Part shown: in pieces, positions 27,001 through 42,915 of the stretch
How positions within the stretch are numbered: position 1 is the first letter of the stretch
Layout: each line of letters starts with the position of its first letter
Source: the human T2T-CHM13v2.0 reference genome, Homo sapiens
NCBI GenBank assembly: GCA_009914755.4
Contig: CP086569.2
Span: forward strand, 2,848,001-2,912,000
DNA length: 64,000 nucleotides
Reading direction: 5' to 3'
Position numbers and translations under genes: made by a program
Notes under the pieces: model-generated
The model's input: the letters and a program-made list of their open reading frames with translations, nothing else
Databases searched by the model: none
Told to the model about the DNA's origin: nothing

Positions 27001-28159
27001 GTTTGTATGAAAAGCAAAAGACAGAATAGACAACAAAATACTAAAGAAGTAGTTTGAGGACACACCCTACATGATGACAAGACTTGCTGTAAAGTTACAG
27101 TAATTAAGACAACATAGTATTAGCAAATAATAGAAACATAGATCCAGGTAACAATATAGAAATTCCATAAATCAACCATGCTAATATATTCAACTGACCT
27201 GTGGCAAGAGAGCAAAGTCAATTAAATGGAGAAAGAATAGTATTTTCAACAAATGGTGCTGGAATATTTGGTCTAACATGTGCAAAAAAAATATGAATCT
27301 AAACACAAATTTTACATGTTTCTCTCCACACACACACAAAACTCAAAATGGATCATAGATCTAAATATGAAATACAAAACTATAGAACTCGGATATGATG
27401 ACAGCACAAAATCTAGGTGATTGGTTTTGACAGTGAATGTTTAGATACATCTTCAATGTGCATTGCTAATTGAAAGGAACTGGTCTGGAAGAGCTACATA
27501 TAATATAATTTCACTTTTTTCACATCCTGGAAAAATTAAAATTAGATAATAAAAAGATCAGTGTTTGCCAGGGTTTTAGGGGGGAGGAGGGAGGGATGAA
27601 TAAATCTATTATGGTAGATTTTTAGGGCATTAAAACTGTCTTTATGAAACTATAATAGTAGATACATATCACTGTATATGAGAATTTGTTCAAATCCATA
27701 GTGTGTACAACACCAAGAGTGAACTCTAATGGGAATTACGGACTTTAGTTAATAACAACATATTAATGTTAACTCGTCAAATGTAATAAATGCACCACAC
27801 TAATGCAAGATACCAATAATAATGGGAACTGGAGAAAGGGGAGAAACCCCAGAGCAAGCTCTGTGTACCTTTTACTCAATTTTTCTGTAAGGCAAAAACA
27901 GCTAAAAAAAAATCTATTGATTTTTAAAATTGAACTATCAAGCCACAGAAAACATAGATGAATTTAAAATGCATATTGTGAAGTGAAAGAAGCCAGTCAG
28001 AAAAGGCTTCATATCATATGATTGTAATGATACCATACTCCAGCAAAGGCAAATCTATAGCAATGTTGAAAAGATCCGTGATTGACAAGGATTCAGGGGC
28101 AGAAGAAGAGTTTAATCGGTCTAGTAATACTAATTATCCATATAATGTTAATCTTTTCT

Positions 28160-29475
<1,316 letters not shown>

Positions 29476-29479
29476 AAAG

Positions 29480-29650
29480 GGATTTTAAATGCTCTCACCA
29501 CAAAGAAATGATAGTATTTGGGTGGGATAAATATGTTAATTGACCATATTTGATTATTCCACAATGTACATGTAACAAAACACCACATTGTACCCCATAA
29601 ATATATAAAATTATTATTTGCAATTAGAAATAAAATATAACTTAAAAAAG
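29480..29650 (+). mobile_element. Terminal 3'UTR piece of the plus-strand L1M, separated from its body by the nested insertion
   Basis: 'gataaatatgttaattgaccatatttgattattccacaatgtacatgtaacaaaacaccacattgtaccccataaatatataaaattattatttgcaattagaaataaaat' matches the L1M 3' terminus ('...cacattgtacaccttaaatatatacaatttttatttgtcaattatacctcaataaagct'). Confidence 0.6.
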
Positions 29651-29804
29651 AAAATCCATAACTCCTTTCTATAATTTATGAATGTATGTCAAAAGTCTTA
29701 AATTTGGTTTTAAATATCTTGCTGTAACTGATCTTTACTGTCTATTTACAGGTCACTAGACATCCTGCTCCAGGTGTAATTATGCTATTAACACAAACAA
29801 CAGC

Positions 29805-29882
29805 TGGCTCACATGTACTAAGCTCACATGTACTAAGCTCACTTGTACTAGCAGCTCATTGAGCCCACATGTACTAAGCAGC
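29805..29882. repeat. Minisatellite, about 15-bp unit in 4-5 copies ('ctcacatgtactaag')
   Basis: 'ggctcacatgtactaagctcacatgtactaagctcacttgtactagcagctcattgagcccacatgtactaagcagc'. Confidence 0.85.
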
Positions 29883-30101
29883 GTGATAAGTACTTGTATA
29901 TGCAGTATGTCATATACAGGCAATAATTTTAAGAGGTACATATTATGCCTACAAGAATAGGGACCATGACTGTTTTGTTCAACACTGTACACCAGTACCT
30001 AGAGAAGTGATTTGTATATGGTAGACATTCAATAAATCGTTATTGAATGAAGGAACTTCATTTCATGGAAAGAAGATTTCAAAAGTTTCAGTATCTTACA
30101 T

Positions 30102-30425
30102 CAGGGATCCCTGACCCCGGGGCCACAGACTGGTACTGCTCTGTGGCCTGTTAGGAGCTGGCCTGCACAGCAGGAGGTAAGCAGCAGGCTAGCAAGAATT
30201 ACTGCCTGTCATGTTAGTAGTGGCATTGTATTCTCATAGGAGTGTGAACCCTATTGTGAACTGCACCTGTGGGGGATCTAAGTTGTGTGCTCCTTATGCG
30301 AATCTAATGTCTGATGATCTGATCTGATCTGAGGTGGAACGGTTTCATCCCACCCCACACCCATCCACGGAAAGATTGTCTTCCACAAAACTGTTCCCTG
30401 GTACTGAAAAAGCTGGGGACTACTG
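30102..30425. mobile_element. Short non-autonomous DNA-transposon-like element (MITE/MER-type) with terminal inverted repeats
   Basis: Start 'cagggatccctgaccccggggccacagactggtac' and end '...gtactgaaaaagctggggactactg' are imperfect inverted repeats. Recognisable conserved core 'ctcataggagtgtgaaccctattgtgaactgcacctgtgggggatctaagttgtgtgctccttatgcgaatctaatgtctgatgatctga...ggtggaacggtttcatcc'. Confidence 0.5.
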
Positions 30426-31708
30426 TCTTACAGAATGTCACACAGCACATGATATCAGAAAATTAGTCCCAGATCTGTGTATAAAGCATATAGTTAAAAT
30501 CACTGTATGATCACTACCTCGTGAATTTTCTGTGCATGTTGTGCTTTCACTTATATTGCTTGATTACATATTCACTGAAAATTCTCTCTTATCACCATCA
30601 ATGAAATCATTACATTTACTTCATGACTCACTAAAAGATGTAGGCTCTCTAAACATGTTCACAGATTCTTCCCATTTCATGTTAATCTTTTTCTTCTTTT
30701 CCATCTCCTTCATGCATGTATCCATCAGAACCAGGCTGATAATTAATCAAATAAACAGGTAGTTTTCAACCCCGGTTGTGTACCAGAAATACTTGTGGAG
30801 AATTTTAAAGTACAGATATCGCATGCTCAACTGTAGATTTTCCTAATCAGAATATCCTGCTTTAGAGTCTCAGTCTGAAAGTTTTGCAAGTTCTCTAGGT
30901 GTACTGGGTGCTGACATCTATTTGGCAGATCTAGGAATTCATTCCCTAAACTGTCAGGAATGTTGATTGTCAATGGCTCACAGCTTAGACACTCTCAGAA
31001 AATCACCCTCTTTGAAAGTAAACTACCTCTCACAAGATTGTACTTCTGTCCTGGAGGTAGCTTACTTCCAGTGATTATTGCATAGCTTACAAATACTCCA
31101 CCCTTTGCTTCACCTGGAAACTCTGAAAGATCATTTCAGCTCCAGAATTCCCTGTATACAAAACAGGGAGTTGTAGTGGTTGCATTGCTATTGAACTTCT
31201 GCCACTGCCAACCCTGCTTCCTTCACTATTACAGGTGTTAATCACAAGAACACTTTTCAATAAACCTGCATGCAAATCTTAAATATATATTTTATATATG
31301 GATGTAGAGCTCTGGTTCTGAGACAAGATGGCCTAGACTTTCCATTTCCTTTTCTTTCCTGCTCAATAAAACCAAATGCCCTAGAAATAATTCAAAATGA
31401 AAGAAGAATTCTGAAGGGTGGAAAGAAAGGTGAAATGCCTAAGGACATCAGGACTTGAAGAACATAATCATGGTGAATTTTGTGCTTTTTTCTTTTTTTA
31501 TCTTCCATATATCCTGGATGGAACATAACAGAGATCTGAAACCCAGAACTGCCAAGAGGTTAGCTCTGGGGAATAAGTTCGGGGGAAGGGGGCGTGTAGT
31601 GGAGGGTAATGAGAATCTCAGCTGGGACTTAATGAGTAAACCCATACCTGATGGAGCAAGCTGCCTGAACTGCCTATTGCTGAGTCACCACCAGAGATCC
31701 AGGGGCCA

Positions 31709-31764
31709 ACCCATCCCCTGCATCACACCAGTATGCAGCCGTGGGTGTGATGCAGGGGATGGGT
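31709..31764. other. Perfect 21-bp inverted repeat with 14-nt spacer (hairpin or cruciform-capable)
   Basis: Left arm 'acccatcccctgcatcacacc' at 31709-31729, loop 'agtatgcagccgtg', right arm 'ggtgtgatgcaggggatgggt' at 31744-31764. Confidence 0.9.
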
Positions 31765-32099
31765 CTACAGCCACAGTGGCAGCAGTAGAACTTTAGTGCA
31801 ATGAAAATTAGTAGTGATAAAGAGGAGCATTACACAATGATAAATAGATTAGCCAACAAAAAAGGCATGATGATCCGAAATGTGTAAGCACAAAACAAGA
31901 TAGCCTAAAATTAAATGAAATTAAAATGCATGGATCTGAATGGAGAAATAGACAAATCCACAAACATGTAATAGAATGTGGTTTCTTTGGAGGCTGATTG
32001 AAAAGTCTAAATTGACTGTGATGATGGTTGCATATATAATTGAATACACTAAAAACCATTAAATTATAAAATTTAAATGCATAAATTGTATGGCATGTA

Positions 32100-32420
32100 A
32101 ATTACATCTTTTTATTTTTTTATTTTTAATTTTTGTGGGTACATAGTAGGTGTATATATTTATGGAGTACATGAGATATTTTGATAAAGACACCCCGTCA
32201 TGCAAAATGGGGTATCCATCCCCTCAAGCAGTTATCCTTTGTGTTACAAACACTCCAATTATATTTTTTTAGTTATTGTAAAATGTACAATTAAATTATT
32301 ATTGATGATAGTCACTGTTGTGGTATGAAATACTAAATACTATTCACATTTTCTAACTATTTTTGTATCCATTATCCATGTGATTTATGTGTTAATAAAG
32401 CCATTTAAAATACTTTAAGA
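32100..32420 (-). mobile_element. Old L1 3'-terminal fragment (L1PB/L1MA-type 3'UTR), antisense
   Basis: poly-T then 'ttttgtgggtacatagtaggtgtatatatttatggagtacatgagatattttgat...aatggggtatccatcccctcaagcagttatcctttgtgttacaaacactccaattatat'. The same family recurs at 41715-41890. Confidence 0.65.
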
Positions 32421-33039
32421 ACCAGATGGAAAGAGATATATTTACTTGGTACATTATAGATTAATACAATGAATCTACACAACACTTGAGTGTAATATCT
32501 GGGGGCTATTTTTTTCTTCCTGTTTTATCAACTGCTATGTCTTCAGAACCGTACGCAAAAGGTGCTCAATAAAGATCTGTTACTGTTTGTTTTTTAACTG
32601 TTAGTTCAAATACATCAGTACACATTATTTAACTAGACAAATTCCCATAGAATCAGAGGTTTTCTTTCTCTATAGTCTTTCTCTCTGTATATCCCTACAA
32701 TTGGGTTAGGAGAAAAGAAAGAAGGAAGGAAGTCTGGTCATTTGTGTTTCCTCATTGAAGGATGTATTCTTTTTTGATACAAACTTGTGCTTAGTAAAAA
32801 TAGTCAATTTCACAATCAAGATTGCAGACATCCAAAATATGATTGTAACAGACACTATTTGTTTCCACTGAATATACATTCCCCATATTTTTCTTTGTCA
32901 CAAATCCCCACTTCTGCTCAGGTATTAGATGACATTGGGTTCCTTCCCATTTCAGGAATAAATTGTGATTAGTGCAATCTTATTATGGTATTTTATTCCT
33001 ATAGTAGACAGTGTTCTCCAGAAAAAAAATAGAACCAAT

Positions 33040-33440
33040 AGAACGTGTGTGTGGGTTCAGGGGAGGGGAGAGAGTTTACTTTAAGAAAGTGGCTGCAAAA
33101 CTGTGGAGGCTGGCAAGTCCCAGCTCTGCTGGTAGACCAGCAAGCAGACTAGACTCATGGAATAGTCTGTGTTTCAGCCCCAGTACTAAGGAGGTCAGTG
33201 GGCAGATTCCCTTTTTCTCAGAGAAGATCAGTCTTTTTCTTAAATCCTGGAAATGATTGCATGGGGCCCACCCACATTATAGAGGGCATTCTGCTTTATT
33301 CAAAGTCTGCTAACTTAAATATTAATCTCACCAAAAAATACCTTCACAGAAACATCCTAATATGTTTCACCAAATACACTGGTACATAGCCTATCCAAAT
33401 TGACACATAAAATTAACCTTCACAAGTCTACCTTTTGTCA
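33040..33440. mobile_element. ERVL/MaLR-type LTR (MLT-like), probably the LTR flanking the integrase end of the ERVL provirus
   Basis: 'gtggctgcaaaactgtggaggctggcaagtcccagctctgctggtagaccagcaag...gcatggggcccacccacattatagagggcattctgctttattcaaagtctgctaacttaaatattaatctcaccaaaaaataccttcacagaaacatcctaatatgtttcaccaaatacactgg...attgacacataaaattaacc'. Confidence 0.5.
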
Positions 33441-33749
33441 ATTTGGCACTCATATGCATATCAAACTATAATCTCAAAATACACAAAATTACAAAGTTAT
33501 ACTTCTGCTTAACATGATACATTTTACTACATACAACTAAAAATGCACTAACATTTTCTCCAGAAAAGGATGCAAAATCTTTGTTTAATATTCACTTTTC
33601 TTCTTGATATTCTAGAATTTAATTACTATAATATACAGTTAAAAATGCTTAAATATTATGCTGTTAAATAAAAATACCTTATATTATATAAAAAGAGGAT
33701 TAGATATAGAAGAAAAATGATATTTACTGAACATTATATAGATAGTTGA

Positions 33750-33795
33750 ATGTATATATGTATATATATTTCTACTCATATATATATATAAATAT
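33750..33795. repeat. TA-rich simple repeat
   Basis: 'tgtatatatgtatatatatttctactcatatatatatataaatatg'. Confidence 0.8.
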
Positions 33796-34807
33796 GTTTG
33801 CAGTAAAATAAGAAAAACTATTTACGACAATTACATCCTCATTTCTGTAACTCATCATACAGTCATGGAATATACAGGCAGTCTCCAACTTACAATTGTT
33901 TTGCTGGCAATTTTTCGACTTGATGATGATGTGAGAGTGATACACAATCAGTAAAAATCATACTTTAAATTTTGAAATTTGATATTTTCCCAAGCTGGCA
34001 ATATGTTGTATGATACTGTCTCATAATACTGTTCTGAGCATTTTTAAGGTAGGCTAAGCTGAGCTATGCTGTATGGTAGGTTATGTGTATTAAATGCATT
34101 TTTCATTTACAATATTTTCAACTTATAATGGATTTATCAGGATGTAACCCCATTATAAGTCAAGGAGCATTTCTATTTACAACTACAATCTCCTACTACC
34201 CATTTAACATTTCCTTTGCCTTCAGCAAACACCTCAGTTGTTGGTCATGGGTATTTACCTGGTGGGGTAAACAAAACTTCATTTCAGGAATGTCTGCTTT
34301 ATTAGCAGTTTTGTCTGAATTGGGTTGTTGCAGTTTTCCATTCACTTTAAACATAGCAAATGGTGACACTAAGAGATACTCCAAGGGATCTCCTGTATTT
34401 CAGACTCCTGTATTCTTATGGTATTGTTAAGTAGCAGTTTAATTTCCCGGTAATCAGGATCAATCACCTCAACCAGCACAATAACTCACTTATTTGTCTA
34501 TTGATTCAATGGGATAAGTATCTCAAAGTAGCCAGGTAGTATTCTTAACTTCAAGTACAATGTAATCATTATTGTGCCTCCTGGCAGAAGTATTTTCCCT
34601 TTGGAAATAAGACTTTTAGGCCAGCAGAGCATAAGGTCACGGCAACAGGAAGCAAAGTGGATCATTAGGGGTAATAGCTAATCGTGCCACTACCAATTCC
34701 ACTCCTTGAATGCTGGACACAGAAATCCTAGCTATGGGAGAAACAGCACCAAATTAGATGCTGATTCAGAGCATAAACATTGTCCTGAAGAATCTTACCC
34801 CAGCCTT

Positions 34808-35068
34808 TCAAGATAGTAACCCTAGTTGGCATAGTAACTGAGTCATCAAAAGGCCATTCCACTGTTCTATTAAGCCTGCTGCTTTATAATGGTGAGAAAC
34901 ATAGTAAGACGAATAAATTCCATAAGCATAGGCCCATTGCCACACCTTATTTGCTGTGAAGTAGGTTTCTTGATACAAAGCAATAAGTATGGAATACATG
35001 GTAAGGCATTCTGTGAGTCCACAGATGGTAGTTTTAGCAGAAGCATTGCACATGCGGGAAAGGAACAT
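34808..35068 (-). pseudogene. Retroviral integrase catalytic-core remnant (ERVL pol)
   Basis: '...GLIEQWNGLLMTQL...' motif; the ORF is bounded by stops. Confidence 0.65.
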
Positions 35069-36599
35069 CCATTTCCAGAATGAGTTTAAGTTCCAGCAAG
35101 GAAAAAAGAAGAAAAAAAAAAAAACAAAAAAACACTACCCTTTCCATAATGGAAGTGTTCCAATGTAATCTACTTGCTGATCTCCCCAAGGAAGGGTGCT
35201 ATATCAGAGACTTGGTGTTGGTGTCTGATGCTAGCAGATTGGGCACTCAGGAGTGGCCATAGCCAGGTCAGCCTTGGTGAATGGAAGGCCATGTTGCTGA
35301 GCCCAGACATAAACTCTATCCCTGTCAGCATAGCCACTTTATTCATGAGCTCACTGGGGGATTATAGGGGTGGCTAGGAAAGAGGCTATCTGGTATCCTC
35401 CACAGAATGGGTGATCTTATCTACTTGATTGTTAAAAAATTTCTCTACTAAGGTCATCCATTGTTGAGCATTTATACGGAATACAAATATCTTCAAATTC
35501 TTCACCCATTCTGAGAGGTCTATCCACATACCTTTTCCCCAGACTTCCTTGACAACTATTTTCAAATGATGTTCTATAAATTTTCTAACCTTTAAGCCAA
35601 ACCATTGCCATGAGTTGACACATAACTGCAAATCTGGCCATTTCTTCTTCCAAACAAAGTAAACAGCCAGGTGCACTTCTTGAGGTTCTGCCCATTAGGA
35701 GGATTTTTCTTCAATACTGCTTTTCAGGTATGTCCAGAAAGGAGCTGCAGTTCTCTAACTATCAACTTTTACGTAATGCCTACATATCACACAGAACCAT
35801 TTGCAAACCAGGCCCAGGTCTTCCCTTCCCCTATCAAATGATCATAGGAAACTTCCTAATAGGCCATAGGGGCAGGTTGGGAGAGACAAGGCAATGCTGC
35901 AGGAGTGGGGACCATAGGCATTTAGGTCACTGCTTCATATAACACATCTTTGCATTTAGAGCCTGCTGAAACTCAATCTGGAGTTATTGCTTTCATTTCA
36001 TAATGAAGTGCTGCTATACTTCCTTAACCTTATGGCTTGGTATTTCAGAGACTATTTAGTTAGTTATGGGCAGCTTCAGTTACATGGTAACTTGGTGGCT
36101 TGTGGTTAAGCATTCAGTCTTTGCCATGGCCCAATAGTGAGTCAAGGGCTGTCTCTCAAAAGAAAAGTAGTTATCTGCAGAGAATAGCAGAGTTTCCTAC
36201 AAATTCCTGAGGCCCTGCACTGTGATTTATCTATAAGGTCCTACCAAAGGCTCCAAACAGCATCCCTGTCTGACATGAACATTTCAAGCTCCATTTTATT
36301 TGCTGCATCATATAGCTCAAGTGACAGAGCAGCATGCACAGCACCCTGCACCTGCTGCAGAGTCTTCTCTTGTTCTGAGCTCTACTCAAAACTGACAGCT
36401 TTTTGGGTTACTCAATAAATAGGCCAAGATAGCATACACGAATGAGGAATATGTTGCCTTTAAAATTCAAAAAGGTTCACTAAGCATTGTGCAACTTTTT
36501 TGGTTGTGGGAGGGGTCTCATGCAAAAACTTATTCTTCAGCTTATAAGGGATATATTTACATGACACAAACACAGTACTATGGCTATTTCGCTCTGGTA

Positions 36600-37475
<876 letters not shown>

Positions 37476-37519
37476 TCTCTTTTTGTTTTCTATTCTTCCA
37501 GGTAGTGGCAGTTCTACTG

Positions 37520-37879
37520 TGATATGGATTGGCTCTGTGTCCCCACCCAAATATCATCTGGAATTGTAATCCCCACATGTCAACGGAGGGAGGTGACTGG
37601 ATCATGGTGGCGGTTTCCCTCATACTGTTCTCATGATAGTGAGTGAGTTCTCATGAGATCTGATGGTTTTATAAGCATCCGGCATTTCCCTTGCTCACTC
37701 TTCTCTCTCTTGCTACCATGTGAAGACGGTCCTTGCTTCCCGTTCACCTTCTGCCATGATTGTAAATTTCCCGAGGCCTCCCCAGCCATGGAGAACTGTG
37801 AGTCAATTAAGCCTCTTTCCTTCATAAATTACCCAATCTTGGGTAGTATCTTTATAGCAGTGTGAGAATGTACTAATAC
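37520..37879 (+). mobile_element. Solitary THE1/MST-type MaLR LTR with 5-bp TSD 'tactg'
   Basis: 'tgatatggattggctctgtgtccccacccaaatatcatctggaattgtaatccccacatgtcaacggagggaggtgactggatcatggtggcggtttccctcatactgttctcatgatagtgagtgagttctcatgagatctgatggttttataagc...gtgtgagaatgtactaataca'. 'tactg' sits directly before (37515-37519) and after (37880-37884) the LTR. Confidence 0.85.
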
Positions 37880-40149
37880 ATACTGGCTCCCACCTGACCT
37901 TTCCTACCATAATGACCTTCATTCCACAAGTCAGGGAACCCATGTGGGGACTGTGCCAGTTCCTGAGATTATCTATACCAATTATAGATTATGAAACTAG
38001 GGAATTAAGCACAGAATGATTTGGGGCACCCTCTAGATCCTGAAGGTGGACCAGAGCTAAAACATCATTGATCATCTGACCTCTATAAGTTCTTACTTTG
38101 GTGCATCAGAGTGATGTTATTAGTGTCAGTTCAGAGCCAGTATGCAGTAATTCCTGAAAGTTTCTGATTATGTCATTTTTCTCACTGCACAGACATCATA
38201 GTGAAAGGACATAAATCTCTTGGAAGAATGCTTGTAGTAAGATTAACTGTGTAAATTTTTGGCAATGTAACAGACTCTTTTCTCAAGTGGACCCAGTCTT
38301 TCTTTCATTAAAGGGGTTCTGGGTCTGTAAACTGGCTTCATGTCTGGGAACTGATTAAGAGGTCACAACTACTATCTCTTTTTACGATTCAGGCTAGATG
38401 TTTGTTCACTTTACCTAAACATTTTCTATTTATACAGATAAAGTAAGAATTTAGTAGGTTTCCTATCAATTTCACATTTAGAAACACTGTGATTAAATAC
38501 CCAACACCATAGGTCTCTTCAAGTCAGATTATTCTGATTACTTCTTTGACTCTGATGTCCATTATAGTAACCATGCCCACTTTTTTGGGGGGAATTGAGT
38601 GCTGCCACTTGACCCCTGCCACCTTAAGATCCAATTTCCCTTACTGCATTTAGATTTCCCAATTTGGTGGCAGTAGTTTCCAATGTAAGTTCTGACTCAC
38701 AGAGAAGAATGACCATAGAGGTGTTCAAGGATGCTAAAGCTCCCCTAACATTTTTTTTTTCTCATGGTAAAAGATTTGTTATTTGGACCCTACTGACATG
38801 GATGAGCAGGTCTTAAAAGACAAATGCACTGTTACATTCCAATCTCTCTAAGTGCTTTAGTTCCTTCACCCACAGCATACCAAAAAAAAAAGTTTTGACA
38901 TCTCTCCTTCATTTGCTGAGGGCCACCTTTTGGTCCATGTTTCAGACAGCCAACCAAATCAACTACTGAAGCCCTTTATAAATTCCTGGGCTACAACCTT
39001 AATTTGAGAATCTCTGTTTGGTGGGCTCATATCAATAAATTTAGCCTAATCCAACTTTAAGTTTCTTCCACCATGATCTCACATGTGTAAATTGGAAAAA
39101 AAAATGTAGTTCTTTTGAAGTGTAACACACCTCATGAATTACACTTTGTATTTCACCTTTCAGTCCCTTCTGGGACTTGAGTCTAGTTATAGGTATAGAA
39201 GTAAAGAGTAGTGTTGAGGGTGGATCATGAGAAGAAGCAGTATCTTGCAAGGCAGTTACCTTAGGGGAGCCATTACAGTTTCCTTAGGCAGTGTAGGATT
39301 AATCTCCTTAGATGGGGTTGCAGAGGCTTCTCCACTTACAGAGAAGACTCATGAAAATTTAAGGACTCAGCATCCTTAGGTTCATCACAGTCTGCCCTGA
39401 TATCCCATTTCAAGTTTCAGGATTCCATTTCTTTCCAATCAATCATCTCACTTTAACAGCAGACATTTTCTGAGGTTTGAAATTCAGTTTGGGTTGTGAT
39501 TCAGCCACTTACCAAATGAAACTCTTGGTTTGTTTTCCAGCAATCTCATCTCTGAGGGTACAAACAATAAGCGTTTATTTCAGGGCAGACATGGAAACTT
39601 TCCGGTCATTTATGTAACACATAGGCTGACACATAAATACCTGAGCTTATGCTCTGTTTTCTCCACTTTGTTCAGCAAGATTAGGAGTAACCAGCCTGTT
39701 TCCTTATATTCATTAGTTTGTTAAGAATGTTCTAAAATACCAAATACATAGTCATTCAAAATCTTGCCTCTTATAAGTATTTGATTGGGAGTATCCAATT
39801 GTGATATTTTGTGTATTTTTATTGCCACAATATGCCATGGACTCTCAGTACTCTCCTCAACTTTGGAAATATAGTCATTACTATTTGAGAGCACAGCAGT
39901 GTCTATAAATTTAAATTGATTAGAGAACTAATTCAAGAAACTCCAGAAGCTATTCAGAAAACTCATCCTTAAAACTCTGTCCCTCTAGAACCATTTTTGG
40001 TAACAAAAGCTGTAGTTGTCATGGTTCTCCAAAGAAAGAGAACCAACAGGATATTTACAGGTGTAGATATATAAATATATACATAGTATCCATTTATGTA
40101 TCTATCTACCTGTATGTATCTATCTATCTGTCTACTAAGAGAGAGATTT

Positions 40150-40682
<533 letters not shown>

Positions 40683-41714
40683 GAAAGGAAAACTAGTTTG
40701 AAAACCAGAAATATTAGATGTTTCTCCTAGCTGAAATCTGTTAAGAGATTTTAAAAATATTTTTTCAAAAAGATCTCTATGGTCAAAGGTCAGCTTAATT
40801 AAAAGCTGATGTTCAGGTTATACTTAAAAAAAAAAAAAAGGCCCTTCTCTTTTTCTCTGTTTTTGAATTATATTTCTTCCGTGGGAACTTCTAAGTCAAC
40901 TGAACCCCTTATTCTTGAAGCTTAGCTAACTAGAACTTTATTGGCCTTTATAGAAAACTTGAAATTTCCCTAATCTGGTTCCTCTAAGACTAATTCAATA
41001 TGTTTCTCCCCCTTTTTTCCTTTTGCTGGCTTTTTTCAGCCCATGCTTTCTCCATTTGGTGGTCAATGAATAAGAATTACTAAAGCAAAACCTTAGAGTT
41101 CTGGCTACCATATGGAGGGAACTAAAGTAAGACTTGTAGCATCTTTGAGATCATTTGAGGAACACAAAATGGACACCACTAAACCCTTTTTAGAGATCCT
41201 CTCTTTCTCCTGGAGTCCCAAGTGTCATGGATGGGTTCCTCCAAAGTGTAAAGCTCTTTTGTCTTCTGCCTTGAGTTCCGTGATCTCTGGCTTTTGGGAG
41301 TACAAAGGGTTATTTTATAGTGTGAGAGAACACTAGAACTTTGAGTTTACAGTCATTAAAAAGTCACTGTCAAGAGCTGCAATTTTCAAGGTAACTGACA
41401 GTGGTGGCAAAAAATGGTTGTTACAGGGAAAATCTCTGGCTTCCTGTCCTCTTAGTTTCTTCACATGCTTAGATTAAAAAAAAACAGTCTCAGATGTCTG
41501 ATCAAGTCAGATAGAAATTGGCAGTAAATAGCAATGGTATCTGAATTTTCTCGTATGCTAATTTGTCTAATTATTTGTAAAATCCTGTATTACATTCCTA
41601 TGATTTTTTTTGCTACCATTTTTTAAATTATCCTGTGTCTCATCGGTCTCATCTAACTGAAACACTTGAACTTAATTCTCCCACTCACCTGGCCCTTTAT
41701 CAGGGCTTTCCCAG

Positions 41715-41890
41715 AGAGTGGCTAGCTTTTTTTCTAAAATTTTTGTGGGTATATAGTAGGTGTACATATTTATGGGGTACATGATATATTTTGATACAGG
41801 CATACAATGTGAAATAAGCACATCTTGGAGAATGGGGTATCCATTCCCACAGCATTTATCCATTGAGTTGCAAACAATCCAATTACACTC
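41715..41890 (-). mobile_element. Old L1 3'-terminal fragment (same 3'UTR family as 32100), antisense
   Basis: 'tttttttctaaaatttttgtgggtatatagtaggtgtacatatttatggggtacatgatatattttgatacaggcatacaatgtgaaataagcacatcttggagaatggggtatccattcccacagcatttatccattgagttgcaaacaatccaattacactcttg'. Confidence 0.65.
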
Positions 41891-42912
41891 TTGATAAATC
41901 TGCCAGGCCAGGGCTGGAGTTTATAACCACCTTCCAGAGAAAAACCTGAAGACCAAATTAGAAAAAAATGCAACAAATTCACCCAGATGAATTTTGGAAA
42001 CATTCAAACCTAAAATCTAGTCCACAGCCTACATACATTTATTTTAATAGTAGACAATATATCTTACAGTCTTTTTTGAAGATAAAATTAAAAAAAAAAC
42101 TAATGCAAATGCATTTTAGTTTAAGTGATCTGAGATAACCTTTGGTAAATAAAGCTAGATTTAAAACTCTGAACTAAAAGTAAAAATGTCTTCAGAAGTG
42201 TCAGAATTTATTATTATACAAGCATACTTTTTTAAACCTAGAGTTCCTATTCAAGCAAGCTTGTTACCTCCTGGATATTTAAAGGAGAGGAAAAAACCAG
42301 GTTTAAATTTTAGCTTTTCGTTATCTCTGCTTTTATAATATTGTTGATGCATTCTTGATTTGTCTCAGGAGGAGGAACCTGAGGAGGCTGGATGCTGGGC
42401 TCCCAGAAAACATACATCTTGTTGTGAGCTTATGTACTTAATTTTGAGCCTCTGTATTCTGGGATCTAGACAGATCACCATTGTCAATCCTGGGGACGTG
42501 AGTGTGCTTAAAGCACCTGGGCCACCAGCTGCAGGGCAGAATCTAGCCTGGTATGACCACATCCTGCCTCCAGTGATTCAGATGCATGAGTTAGGATGAG
42601 ACTGGCTGATTTAGAGTTAACTTTGCTTTGCTTTTTCAAAAGAAAATAACTTTTAAAAAGCTACCTCTGTTTTCTATGAGCAATTAAAATATAATTGTTA
42701 AAAATAAGGAATTTATTTTATTTTATTTTTCAAGATGGCACATTAGACGCATTGCTAGCATACCTCTCTCAATTGAAAGGACAAAATAGTGCATAGAGAA
42801 TCATATTGTGAATGTTTTCAAGAAGCAATGCAGGTACTGAACAGGAACTCAAGGACCTTTTGAAAGGTCTGTAGATACCACCTTACTCCTGTGGGAACGC
42901 TCATTATTAAAT

Positions 42913-42915
<3 letters not shown>

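Noticed and set aside
34808-35676. Integrase/RNase H-like ORFs as a possible domesticated retroviral gene
   Set aside because: Multiple stops and frameshifts, an Alu and an LTR inserted in the adjacent RT region, and no intact reading frame longer than 100 aa. Consistent with a decayed provirus rather than exaptation.
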